From: Actinomycetes bacterium
Lineage (GTDB): Bacteria; Bacillota; Sulfobacillia; Sulfobacillales; JAIMBI01
Assembly (NCBI GenBank): GCA_023565505.1
Contig: JAIMBI010000009.1
Location: 6,547 to 70,546, forward strand
DNA: 64,000 nt
Direction: 5' to 3'
Shown piece by piece: positions 6,637 through 14,553 of the stretch. Numbering within the stretch: the first letter of the stretch is position 1; every line of letters begins with the position of its first letter. Below the pieces are notes generated by a model. It made no database searches and was not told where the DNA came from. It was given only the letters and a program-made list of their open reading frames with translations. The translations under genes were made by a program, and so were the position numbers.

Positions 6637-8663
6637 ACCGTGATCACCCTCAGCCGACGCGGGTCGAACTCGATGCTTGGGCTGATTCGATTCAAGGTAT
6701 TATCTATGCCCGTGTCTCGACGGCTGACCAAGCCAAGCACGGGTACTCTTTGGAATCTCAGGTCGAGCGGTGCGCTGCGTGGGCCAAGCAACAGTATCGC
6801 ATTCATGACGACGAACTGTTAGCGATTGTTGAGCGCGGGGAGATGGGGGATGACCCGAATCGCCCTGCGCTCAATTTTGCTTTGCGACTGATCGAAGAAG
6901 GCGTCGGACGGCGGTTTATCGTCTTGCATCCTGACCGTTTCTCCCGTGACCTGGGCTTACAGCTTCAGGTCGCGTCGCGCATTTTAGGGGCCGGGTGCGA
7001 GATGGGCTTTGTGGAGGTGGACTTCGACCCCACCAACCCCGAGTCCACGCTGATGTTTAACATCCAGGGAGCTATCGCCCAGTATAACAAGGCGAAAATC
7101 CTCGCGAACTCGAAGCGAGGACGACGGACTAAGGCGCGGAACGGGAAGATTCCTGGCACCCATCGCATTTACGGGTATGCCTTTGACAAGGAGCGGGACA
7201 TCCTCGTCGAAAACCCGGAAGAAAAGGCCGTCTACCTTCAGATCGTTCACTGGCTGCTGAACGGATTGGACGGGAAGCCCATGACCGCGACGGCGATTGC
7301 TCAGGAACTGTCTCGGCGCGGTATCCCTGCGCCTGAAGGACCGCGTTGGCATCAGGCCACCGTGGCGCGGATGCTCAGGAATCCCGCTTACCTGGGCACC
7401 TACTACTACGGCAAGACGGAGACGGTTCAGCGCAACGGAAAGAAACAACTTGTGAAGAAACCGCGCGAAGAATGGATTGCCATCAAGATCCCCGCCTACA
7501 TTGATGAGATCACCTTCCAGCGCATTCAGCAGCGCCTCGATGATCTCGTGACCCGGAATACGACACGAGGACGGAAGCCAAAGGGACAGTATCTCCTGCG
7601 TGGACTGGTGCGCTGTGGTCTCTGTGGAGGAGCGGCTGGGGCGGCTCCCTCTTCGCGCGACCCCAAGACGAAGCAGGTGCGGCATTACTACTATCGCTGT
7701 ATCAACGCTTCGGCCAAAAGCTACGAAGTGGGCACCGGGGAACCTACAAAAAAGTGCCGGGGCCGGTATTGGCGTACCGAAGTGGCGGACAAGCTTGTAT
7801 GGGACGAGATTAAGCGGATTGTCCTAGACCCGGACAGTGCCATTCAAAAAATCCTCGGGATGAAAATCACGGACAAGGATATGGCAGAAATGACCACAAG
7901 GGTCCATGCCATCCAGGAGAGCCTAGCAGCTAAAGAGATGGCGAAGAATCGTGTCATGGACCTGTACATCGCTGGGATGATTCCGACCAAAGAGGAACTC
8001 GCCAAGCGACTGGCTCCTATTGAGAAAGACATCGCTTACCTCCGCGAGTCGCTCACTGTTCAGGAGGGCCTAATGGCCCAAGCGGGCAACGACAATGCGC
8101 TGTGGGACAGCTTGCACCATAAGTTGATCGGCTTCCAAAAGTGGTTCGACCGGGACGTGACCTTTGCCCAAAAGGAAGAAGTGGTCCGAGCCATCGTCAA
8201 GCAGGTCCTGCTTTACCAGGACCACCTCGAAGTCATTATGGCTTGGGACGTGCCCAATCGCACCCCTCCCGACCCTGATGGCTCTACCCGAATTGAGAAC
8301 ACAAGTGAAGGCGATGGAGGACCACAAGAGCGAATTCCTCCTCATCCTGGCCGGTTACCCGCGGGAGATGGCGAGCTTCCTGGCCGCCAACCCCGGTCTC
8401 TATTCGCGCTTCCCCATTCACTTGGACTTCCCGGACTACTCGCCGCAGGAGCTCATGCTCATCACCGAACAGATGGTGCGACAACGGGAGTACCGGCTCA
8501 CCGAGGAGGCGCGCCTGGAGCTGATACGCTACTGGGAGCGCCGGCAGGCGTTCTGGCCCGAGAACGCGGGGAACGCGCGGCTGGTCCGCAACCTGGTCGA
8601 GCGGGCCGTCCGGCGGCAGGCGGTGCGGCTCTTGCATCGGGGCGGACCCATCAGCCGGGATGA
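6618..8663 (+). CDS. Large serine recombinase (phage integrase type). The ORF runs past the element boundary into host DNA.
   Basis: GIIYARVSTADQ carries the catalytic Ser motif of the resolvase domain. IVLHPDRFSRD, a recombinase domain, the zinc-ribbon Cys pairs CGLCGG...YYYRC, and a coiled-coil region are present. Recognisable sequence ends near ...LEVIMAWDVPNR (~8260). The remaining ~130 codons are low-complexity P/G/R-rich sequence read from the host spoVK region in another frame. Confidence 0.85.
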   Translation: MQVITVDRDHPQPTRVELDAWADSIQGIIYARVSTADQAKHGYSLESQVERCAAWAKQQYRIHDDELLAIVERGEMGDDPNRPALNFALRLIEEGVGRRFIVLHPDRFSRDLGLQLQVASRILGAGCEMGFVEVDFDPTNPESTLMFNIQGAIAQYNKAKILANSKRGRRTKARNGKIPGTHRIYGYAFDKERDILVENPEEKAVYLQIVHWLLNGLDGKPMTATAIAQELSRRGIPAPEGPRWHQATVARMLRNPAYLGTYYYGKTETVQRNGKKQLVKKPREEWIAIKIPAYIDEITFQRIQQRLDDLVTRNTTRGRKPKGQYLLRGLVRCGLCGGAAGAAPSSRDPKTKQVRHYYYRCINASAKSYEVGTGEPTKKCRGRYWRTEVADKLVWDEIKRIVLDPDSAIQKILGMKITDKDMAEMTTRVHAIQESLAAKEMAKNRVMDLYIAGMIPTKEELAKRLAPIEKDIAYLRESLTVQEGLMAQAGNDNALWDSLHHKLIGFQKWFDRDVTFAQKEEVVRAIVKQVLLYQDHLEVIMAWDVPNRTPPDPDGSTRIENTSEGDGGPQERIPPHPGRLPAGDGELPGRQPRSLFALPHSLGLPGLLAAGAHAHHRTDGATTGVPAHRGGAPGADTLLGAPAGVLARERGERAAGPQPGRAGRPAAGGAALASGRTHQPG

Positions 8664-8706
8664 TTTGATGACGTTGGTCTGGGGCGACTTCGAGGAGAGC
8701 CGGTGA
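8278..8706 (+). pseudogene. spoVK: 3' fragment of spoVK (sporulation AAA+ ATPase): lid and C-terminal part only, with no Walker A/B
   Basis: ...VKAMEDHKSEFLLILAGYPREMASFLAANPGLYSRFPIHLDFPDYSPQELMLITEQMV.QREYRLTEEA...GNARLVRNLVERAVRRQAVRLL matches the SpoVK/CbbX family C-terminal third. The upstream part of ORF 8164..8706 is an out-of-frame reading of the recombinase gene. Confidence 0.8.
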
Positions 8707-9296
8707 GCGCCGAAGTCCTCGTCGTGGGGCGGCCCAACGCCGGGAAGAGCCTGTTTGTCCTGAACTTCGCGGCCTTCCTGGGGCTCCGGGCCGTCCGCCT
8801 GGCGGCCTCGGCGGACCCGGGGGCGTCGGCCGCCCGGTGGGTCCCCCTCGAGCGGGCCCGCCGTGAATGGGTATCGCCTCTGCCCTACAGCACCCTCGAG
8901 CCGGTGGCGCTCCGGGTGGTGCTGGCGGTCGGCGGGCGGCTTCAGCCGGTGCAGGTGGTGGACTGCCCCGCCATCGACGACGGGAGCTCGCCCAGCGAGG
9001 CGATCCGGCGCGCCTGGGCGGTCACCCTGGAGCGCCTCCTGACGGCACGGGTGGTGTTGCACGTCCTGGACGCGGCGAATCCGCCGCGTGCCGTGGACGC
9101 CGAATTGGCGGCCTTCGTCGGGCCGCGCGCGGCCTATGCGGTGCTGGCCAACAAATGCGACTTACCCGAGGCAGCCGGGGCGGTTCGGCGGCTGCGCCGC
9201 CAGTTCGCTCCACGGCCGGTGCTGGCCGTCTCCGCGGCCACCAACCGGGGCTTCGCCGAAGTGGCCCGCTTCCTGGCGGACAACCTCCCCGGATAG
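8703..9296 (+). CDS. Small GTP-binding protein (G domain only), in the position of hflX/ynbA downstream of spoVK
   Basis: G1 GRPNAGKS, G4 NKCD, G5 SAA. The GTG start overlaps the spoVK stop (GTGA). Confidence 0.7.
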   Translation: MSAEVLVVGRPNAGKSLFVLNFAAFLGLRAVRLAASADPGASAARWVPLERARREWVSPLPYSTLEPVALRVVLAVGGRLQPVQVVDCPAIDDGSSPSEAIRRAWAVTLERLLTARVVLHVLDAANPPRAVDAELAAFVGPRAAYAVLANKCDLPEAAGAVRRLRRQFAPRPVLAVSAATNRGFAEVARFLADNLPG

Positions 9297-9545
9297 TTCG
9301 ACTCGGGCAGGTCGAGCGGGCCGGACATCCATGCCCGAGGATACCTCCGGAACGCCACGCCACCCCACAATGCTTGCAAGCCTTTCCGACCGGTATGGGG
9401 TTCATGTTCACGTTCGGGCGGGCCGAGCGGGGCTGTCGCCTCGTGCTTCCCTGCGGGCGGGGACCCGACCGAAGGGGAACGGTGGGTTCGGCGTTCGCTA
9501 AACGTTCGCTAAAATGGAAGGTATCACACGGCGGGGGGTGTCGTT

Positions 9546-10010
9546 GTGCGTGGCGATCTGACAGTTGGCGACGCGGTCCTTCAGTTGCACAAGATGGACA
9601 GGGAGACCTTTGTGAACCATGTGAAAGAGACCGTGAAAGACACCCTCATCGATGTCCTTGGAATCGAATATGTGGAATTATTCCCGGACCGAGTGGTCCT
9701 GACGATGCCGGTAGAACCTAGGACCATGCAACCTGCCCGCATTCTGCATGGGGGGGCTTCCGTCGTTTTAGCCGAAACCGCGGCTACGTTAGCCACCGCC
9801 ATCAATATCGATCCCGAGAGGTTTTATCCGGTTGGGATGGAGATTAACGCAAACCATCTTCGACGCAAAAGCGACGGTGTGGTCACGGCAACCGCCACGC
9901 CGCTGCACAAAGGTCGTACCACGATGGTCTGGGATATCAAGATCACGGACGAAGATGGGAAGCTGGTCTGTATTTCCCGATGCACGATGGCGATTCTGCC
10001 CAAGAGATGA
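9546..10010 (+). CDS. PaaI-family hotdog-fold thioesterase
   Basis: GIEYVEL...MPVEPRTMQPARILHGGASVVLAETAAT...GRTTMVWDIKITDEDGKLVCISRCT. An alternative start is the ATG at 9594. Local G+C is visibly lower than in the neighbouring genes. Confidence 0.8.
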   Translation: MRGDLTVGDAVLQLHKMDRETFVNHVKETVKDTLIDVLGIEYVELFPDRVVLTMPVEPRTMQPARILHGGASVVLAETAATLATAINIDPERFYPVGMEINANHLRRKSDGVVTATATPLHKGRTTMVWDIKITDEDGKLVCISRCTMAILPKR

Positions 10011-10309
10011 CAGGCGCCAAGCGTAGTGCGGGCGGGCAGGTCCCGTCTGCCCGGGCGTGGCCCGGGGAACCGCCAATGGCCCGATGACGGCGAGCCCGCG
10101 GGAGGAGCTCGGTACCCGGGCTTCCGCTCGCTGCCCGGCCGCCGTATGGACGGGCCCCTGACGGACCTCCCCCGGCGCGGTGGCACGGCGCCTCTTGGTC
10201 GGTGCCCCGGAGGAGGAGGGGCGAGGTCGTCGGCCGCGCCAGGCGTGGCGGGAAGGCGCGCGCAATTCGTTCGGGCCGAATGCGCGGCCTGAGCCCGGGA
10301 GTCGGCGGA

Positions 10310-10576
10310 TCAGGCGAAGGGGTCGTCGAGTTCCCGGTAGAGGACCCATTCGCCGGGGCGTTCGGTGTACAGCTCGAAGTAGCGATCCTCTTCCGTGCGA
10401 ACGACGATGCGCCGGCGGTGTCGCCGGAGCCACCACCGCGGCTGGAAGTCGACGTAGCGGTCCTGGCTCAGCCACTCGACCACGGTGAAGGTGTGGCCGC
10501 GCCAGACGAACGCACGCAGACGGCCGGTGGTCTCGTCGCGGTGCACGGTCACCCGTTCGCTGATGAACTGTTTCAC
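10310..10576 (-). CDS. Small conserved-looking hypothetical protein (FVWRG...WW motif)
   Basis: GTG at 10576 preceded by GGGGGAG. LRAFVWRGHTFTVVEWLSQDRYVDFQPRWW is reminiscent of DUF6504-type small proteins (uncertain recall). Confidence 0.4.
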   Translation of the reverse strand: MKQFISERVTVHRDETTGRLRAFVWRGHTFTVVEWLSQDRYVDFQPRWWLRRHRRRIVVRTEEDRYFELYTERPGEWVLYRELDDPFA

Positions 10577-10721
10577 GTCATGGCTCCCCCGCCTCCGGAA
10601 CACGGATCCGGCACGACAGGATTCGCCGGAGGCCGGCGGGGGGTCCTGCCGCCGCGGGGACCCGGCATGGGGCGGCACGAGGCGGCCCGGCGGGTTAGGT
10701 TTGGAAGGAAGGGATCCCGGC

Positions 10722-11419
10722 GTGGATTCATACGACGTCTCGGGCGTGCGGGTGCTTTTGACCGGTGGATCCCGCGGATTGGGCGCGTCGCCGAGGCCGT
10801 GGCGTGGCTGGGGGGTCTCGGCGTGCCGGTGAACAACGCCGGCCTCGGCATGCGTACCGTCCATCCTCGGTTTCTGGAGACGCCTTTCCCGTTCTGGCAG
10901 GTCGTGCCCGGGGACTTTCGCTGGGTGATGGACGTCAACGTCACGGGCTGTCTCTTCGTGGCGCGCGCCGTCGTCCCTCATTTTCTGGCCGCCGGACGGG
11001 GGAAGATCGTCAACGTCGGGATCAACCGAGAGACCATGGTGCGCCCCGGCTTCGTCCCCTACGGCCCGTCGCGGGCCGCCTCCGAGGCCCTGTCCCGGAT
11101 CGTGGCGGACGATCTCCGGCCCTACGGGATCACGGTCAATGTGCTGCTCCCCGGCGGCGCCACCCGGACCGGGATGATCCCGGTCGACCTTCCGGAGGCC
11201 CTCAGGGCCCGGCTGTTGGACCCCGCAGTGATGGGCCCCCCCATCCGGTTCCTGTGTTCGCCCGTTTCGGACGGCGTGACCGGAGCGCGCATCGTGGCGA
11301 CTCCGTTCGCGCATTGGCCTGCGGGCCCCGGATGGCCCGGACCCGGCTGGCTCGTGATAGGCTGGGGCGGAGGCTCGTACGGGCCTATCACCGGGATGAA
11401 GATGAAGCGGGGGCCGTGA
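10722..11419 (+). pseudogene. Degenerate short-chain dehydrogenase/reductase (frameshift, internal deletion, lost catalytic residues)
   Basis: GTG at 10722 after GGAAGGAAGGG gives VDSYDVSGVRVLLTGGSRGLG. The frame changes around 10775. NNAG follows after only ~15 residues (normally ~65). YGPSR replaces YxxxK. Confidence 0.55.
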
Positions 11420-12651
11420 TGGGCGAAGGTGGCCGGAAGGCGACAGGCAGCGGGATGTGGGAGACGGCGGAAGTTCGGGCGGCGGTGCAGGCGGCGGAGA
11501 CCTTGGCCTTGGAGAACCTGGAGCGGGTGCTCGACGCGTTCCGCGCCGAACGGCTGGCTCAGAGCGATCTGGCCGGTTCCGAGGGCTACGGATACGGCGA
11601 CGCCGGTCGGGCGAAGCTCGAGCGCGTGTATGCCCGGCTGATGGGCACGGACGCGGCCCTGGTCCGGCCGCAGTTCGTGTCCGGCACCCATGCCCTAGCC
11701 GCCATGGTCCGGGCCGTGGTGCGGCCGGGGCAGCACCTAGTACTGGCAGGGCCGGTGTACGACACGCTGGTGCCCCTGCTGGACCCGGACAGCCGTCACC
11801 CGCTCTCCCTGCGGGCGGCCGGTGTGCGGATCACCGCCGTCCCAGCCGACGACGCGGGTCTCGACGCCGCCGCCTGGCAGCAGGCGCTGGCGGACGCCCC
11901 GGACTGGGTCTACCTGCAACGCTCGCGGGGCTACCAGCGACGGCCGTCGTGGGACCCGGCCTACCTCCGCCGGCTCATCCGCGAGGCCCACCGAGCGGGG
12001 GCCCTGGTGCTGGTCGACAACTGCTACGGAGAGTTCACGGACACCACCGAGCCGGGGCATTGGGGGGCGGACCTGTTGGCGGGTAGCCTCCTCAAGAACC
12101 CGGGCGGCGGGCTGGCACCGACAGGGGGGTATGTGGCGGGGCGGGCCCGTTGGGTGGAGCAGGTCGCGGACAGCTTCTACGCCCCGGGGTTGGGGGGTGA
12201 AGTCGGTCCTACCGGCCCGTACCTCAAGACGTTTTGGCAGGGGCTGTTCTACGGTCCCCACGCGGTTGCCGAGGCGCTGGCGGGGGCCATCCTGGCCGGA
12301 GCCGTGCTCCTGGACGCGGGACTGGAGGTCGACCCCGAACCGACCGCGTGGCCCCGGGCGGACATCGTGTGGCGCGTCACCCTGGACAGTCGCGAGGCGC
12401 TTCTGGAAGCGGCCCGGGCGGTCCAGGAGGTCTCGCCCGTGGACAGCCATGTGCGCCCCGAGCCGTGGGCCATGCCGGGGTATCGCGACCCCGTGGTGAT
12501 GGCGGCAGGGGGATTCGTGCCCGGGGGGTCGCTCGAGTTGAGTGCCGATGCACCCCTGGCGCCGCCCTGGCGGCTTTACCTGCAAGGCGGCGTGATGCGG
12601 CAGCACGTGCTGTTGGCGGCTTGGCGGATCCGGGCGCGCCTGGGCCGTTAG
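11419..12651 (+). CDS. ynbB: YnbB-type PLP enzyme (aluminium-resistance/Met-gamma-lyase family)
   Basis: LDAFRAERLAQSDLAGSEGYGYGDAGRAKLERVYARLMGTDAALVRPQFVSGTHAL... and synteny with spoVK-hflX-ynbB of Bacillus. Confidence 0.8.
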   Translation: MGEGGRKATGSGMWETAEVRAAVQAAETLALENLERVLDAFRAERLAQSDLAGSEGYGYGDAGRAKLERVYARLMGTDAALVRPQFVSGTHALAAMVRAVVRPGQHLVLAGPVYDTLVPLLDPDSRHPLSLRAAGVRITAVPADDAGLDAAAWQQALADAPDWVYLQRSRGYQRRPSWDPAYLRRLIREAHRAGALVLVDNCYGEFTDTTEPGHWGADLLAGSLLKNPGGGLAPTGGYVAGRARWVEQVADSFYAPGLGGEVGPTGPYLKTFWQGLFYGPHAVAEALAGAILAGAVLLDAGLEVDPEPTAWPRADIVWRVTLDSREALLEAARAVQEVSPVDSHVRPEPWAMPGYRDPVVMAAGGFVPGGSLELSADAPLAPPWRLYLQGGVMRQHVLLAAWRIRARLGR

Positions 12652-12653
12652 GG

Positions 12654-13238
12654 TCAGGGGAGCGTGCGCAGGAGGCCCACGACCCGCCCGAGGATGCGCA
12701 CCTCGTCGGCCCTGAGCGGGGGATAGGCTGGGTTGGCGGCGACCAGGCGGACGACGCCGGCCGACCGGCTCAGGCGCTTGAGGGTGGCTTCGCCGTCCAA
12801 CAGAGCCACCACGATGTCTCCGTCGTCCGCGGTCGGCTGGGCGCGCACCAGCGCCACGTCGCCGTCGAGGATGCCGGCGCCGACCATGCTGTCCCCCCGC
12901 ACCCGCAGGGCGAAGTCGACCCGGCCAGGCGGCCAGTGCGCCGGCAAGGCGATCGGTTCCTCTTCGACGGCGTCGGCCCACCGCGGCAGTCCGGCGGCGA
13001 TCCGGCCCAAGACGGGAACGGTGCGGATGGAAGGATCCGCGGGGGCCATGCCGATTCCCCGCGAGACGTCGGGCACCCGGCGGAGCTGACCGCGCTTTTC
13101 CAGATCCCGGAGGTAATAGGCCACCGACGACGTCGACTTCAGGCCGACGGCCTCCCCGATCTCCCGCACCGTGGGCGGATAGCCGTGTTGCTCCCGGTAC
13201 CGGGCGATATACTGGAGGATAGCGTCGCGCCGCGACAT
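12654..13238 (-). CDS. lexA: LexA repressor
   Basis: The winged-helix N-terminus (GYPPTVREIGEAVGLKSTSSV), the cleavage-site region, and the S24 peptidase motifs VRGDSM and ATLKRL are all present. Confidence 0.9.
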   Translation of the reverse strand: MSRRDAILQYIARYREQHGYPPTVREIGEAVGLKSTSSVAYYLRDLEKRGQLRRVPDVSRGIGMAPADPSIRTVPVLGRIAAGLPRWADAVEEEPIALPAHWPPGRVDFALRVRGDSMVGAGILDGDVALVRAQPTADDGDIVVALLDGEATLKRLSRSAGVVRLVAANPAYPPLRADEVRILGRVVGLLRTLP

Positions 13239-13332
13239 CGTCGCACCTCCCCGCGCCGTCCGCCTCTATGGTAGCACGGCCGTCGGGGAGCGAGGACCGA
13301 CGGCGCACGGCGGGGGGAAGGAGGCGGCGGGA

Positions 13333-14361
13333 GTGGGGGTCCGGACTGGCCTGGCACGGGGTTCCCGCCCGCGGTGGGGGTCCGCCGTCCGCCGCTTCGG
13401 AGGGACCCTCTTGCTCGCCGGATCCGCGGCTGCGGCGGGCCACCTGGTCCTGCCGCCGCTGGCGCCGTTGCTGCTGGGCGCGTTGGGACTCTTGGCGGCG
13501 ATGGGCGTGGGGGCCTATTGGTTGGGGTCGGCACCCTTCGCCTTCCTGGTGGCGGGCGTGGCGCACGGACTGGGCGGCGGCCGGCTGGCCCCGCTGCCGG
13601 TTTGGGGAGCGGCGGCGCTGCTCGGCCTGTACGCGGCGGCGGTGGCGCTCTTGGCCCGCAGGCGCCCGCGGCGGGCCCTCGGGCCGACCGACGGGTTTTT
13701 GGCCGTCGGCCTCATGGTGCTGCTGTCCGCGTGCTTCTCGCTCCTCGCGCCCGTCCCCCCGCCGGGGCCCACAGAACGTCACGTCTCCGTCCTCCTGGTG
13801 CTGTACCTGGCGACGCCGCCCATCGAGATGCTCACCGTGATCCTGGTTCTGAGCCGCGACCGCCTCTTGGGTCGGTTCTGGCGGGAGAACTACCGGGGGC
13901 GGGCGGGACTCGCCGGGGCCATCGGGCACGGGCTCGTGGTGGGGATCGGCATCGTGTTGCTCACGGCCGCCGTGGTCCAGATCGAAGCCCGCGGGTTCCG
14001 TTGGCCGATCCAGCCCAACAACCCCTTCGTGTACAACCCGCGCCTGGCCACGGCGCCGCCGGGCGCGCTCGCCGCCCTGGTCCTCGCGGTGGTCGTGATG
14101 GCGCCGCTCGCGGAGGAGGCTCTGTTCCGGGGACTCCTCTACGGCGGCCTGCGGAGCCGGGTGGGCCCGGTGCTGGCCGCCTTGGTCTCGGCTGCGGTGT
14201 TCGGGGCCGCCCACATGAACGGCAGCCTCTTCCTGCCGCTCGCGGTCGCCGGGTTTTTGTTGGCCCTTGTCTACGAGCGCAGTCGTTCCCTCTGGCCGTC
14301 CACCGTCGCCCATGCGACCTTGAACGGTCTGGCGGTCCTCATGGCTCTCCTGGTCCGCTGA
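13333..14361 (+). CDS. CPBP (CAAX/Abi) family intramembrane metalloprotease
   Basis: The protein is multi-TM with motifs EEALFRG, FGAAH and HATLNG. The start is uncertain. Confidence 0.75.
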   Translation: MGVRTGLARGSRPRWGSAVRRFGGTLLLAGSAAAAGHLVLPPLAPLLLGALGLLAAMGVGAYWLGSAPFAFLVAGVAHGLGGGRLAPLPVWGAAALLGLYAAAVALLARRRPRRALGPTDGFLAVGLMVLLSACFSLLAPVPPPGPTERHVSVLLVLYLATPPIEMLTVILVLSRDRLLGRFWRENYRGRAGLAGAIGHGLVVGIGIVLLTAAVVQIEARGFRWPIQPNNPFVYNPRLATAPPGALAALVLAVVVMAPLAEEALFRGLLYGGLRSRVGPVLAALVSAAVFGAAHMNGSLFLPLAVAGFLLALVYERSRSLWPSTVAHATLNGLAVLMALLVR

Positions 14362-14553
14362 GCGCCGCCACCGGCCGACGTGCGGGGCCGCACGACCGGA
14401 GACGGGTCGCCGCGGCGGCATGGCCGTCGCCTGCCGCCGGGTCCAGGATTTTCTCCTGGCTACGGCGAATGCGCGTTGGCGACGACCGGCAGAAGGCAAG
14501 GGTCCGGCCGCGGGCATACTGCCGGCAGGAGGCACGCGGCAAAGGAGAGCAGG

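Larger units (their letters stand above)
1..8295 (+). mobile_element. Right-hand part of an integrated prophage-like element; it continues left of the window and its right end (attR) is near 8270-8310
   Basis: Gene content is phage-type recombination/nucleotide-metabolism genes, all on the + strand with overlapping or abutting ORFs. G+C is visibly lower than after ~8300. A large serine recombinase is the last gene. Directly after it comes a truncated host gene (spoVK 3' part). Confidence 0.75.

Noticed and set aside
8164-8277. N-terminal part of ORF 8164..8706 (MPKRKKWSEPSS...) as the start of spoVK
   Set aside because: This stretch is the recombinase gene read in another frame. It has no SpoVK similarity. 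The AAA+ Walker motifs that must precede the lid domain are absent.
13239-13332. Expected autoregulatory SOS box upstream of lexA
   Set aside because: I read both strands and found no GAAC-N4-GTTC or a close variant. I report the absence only.
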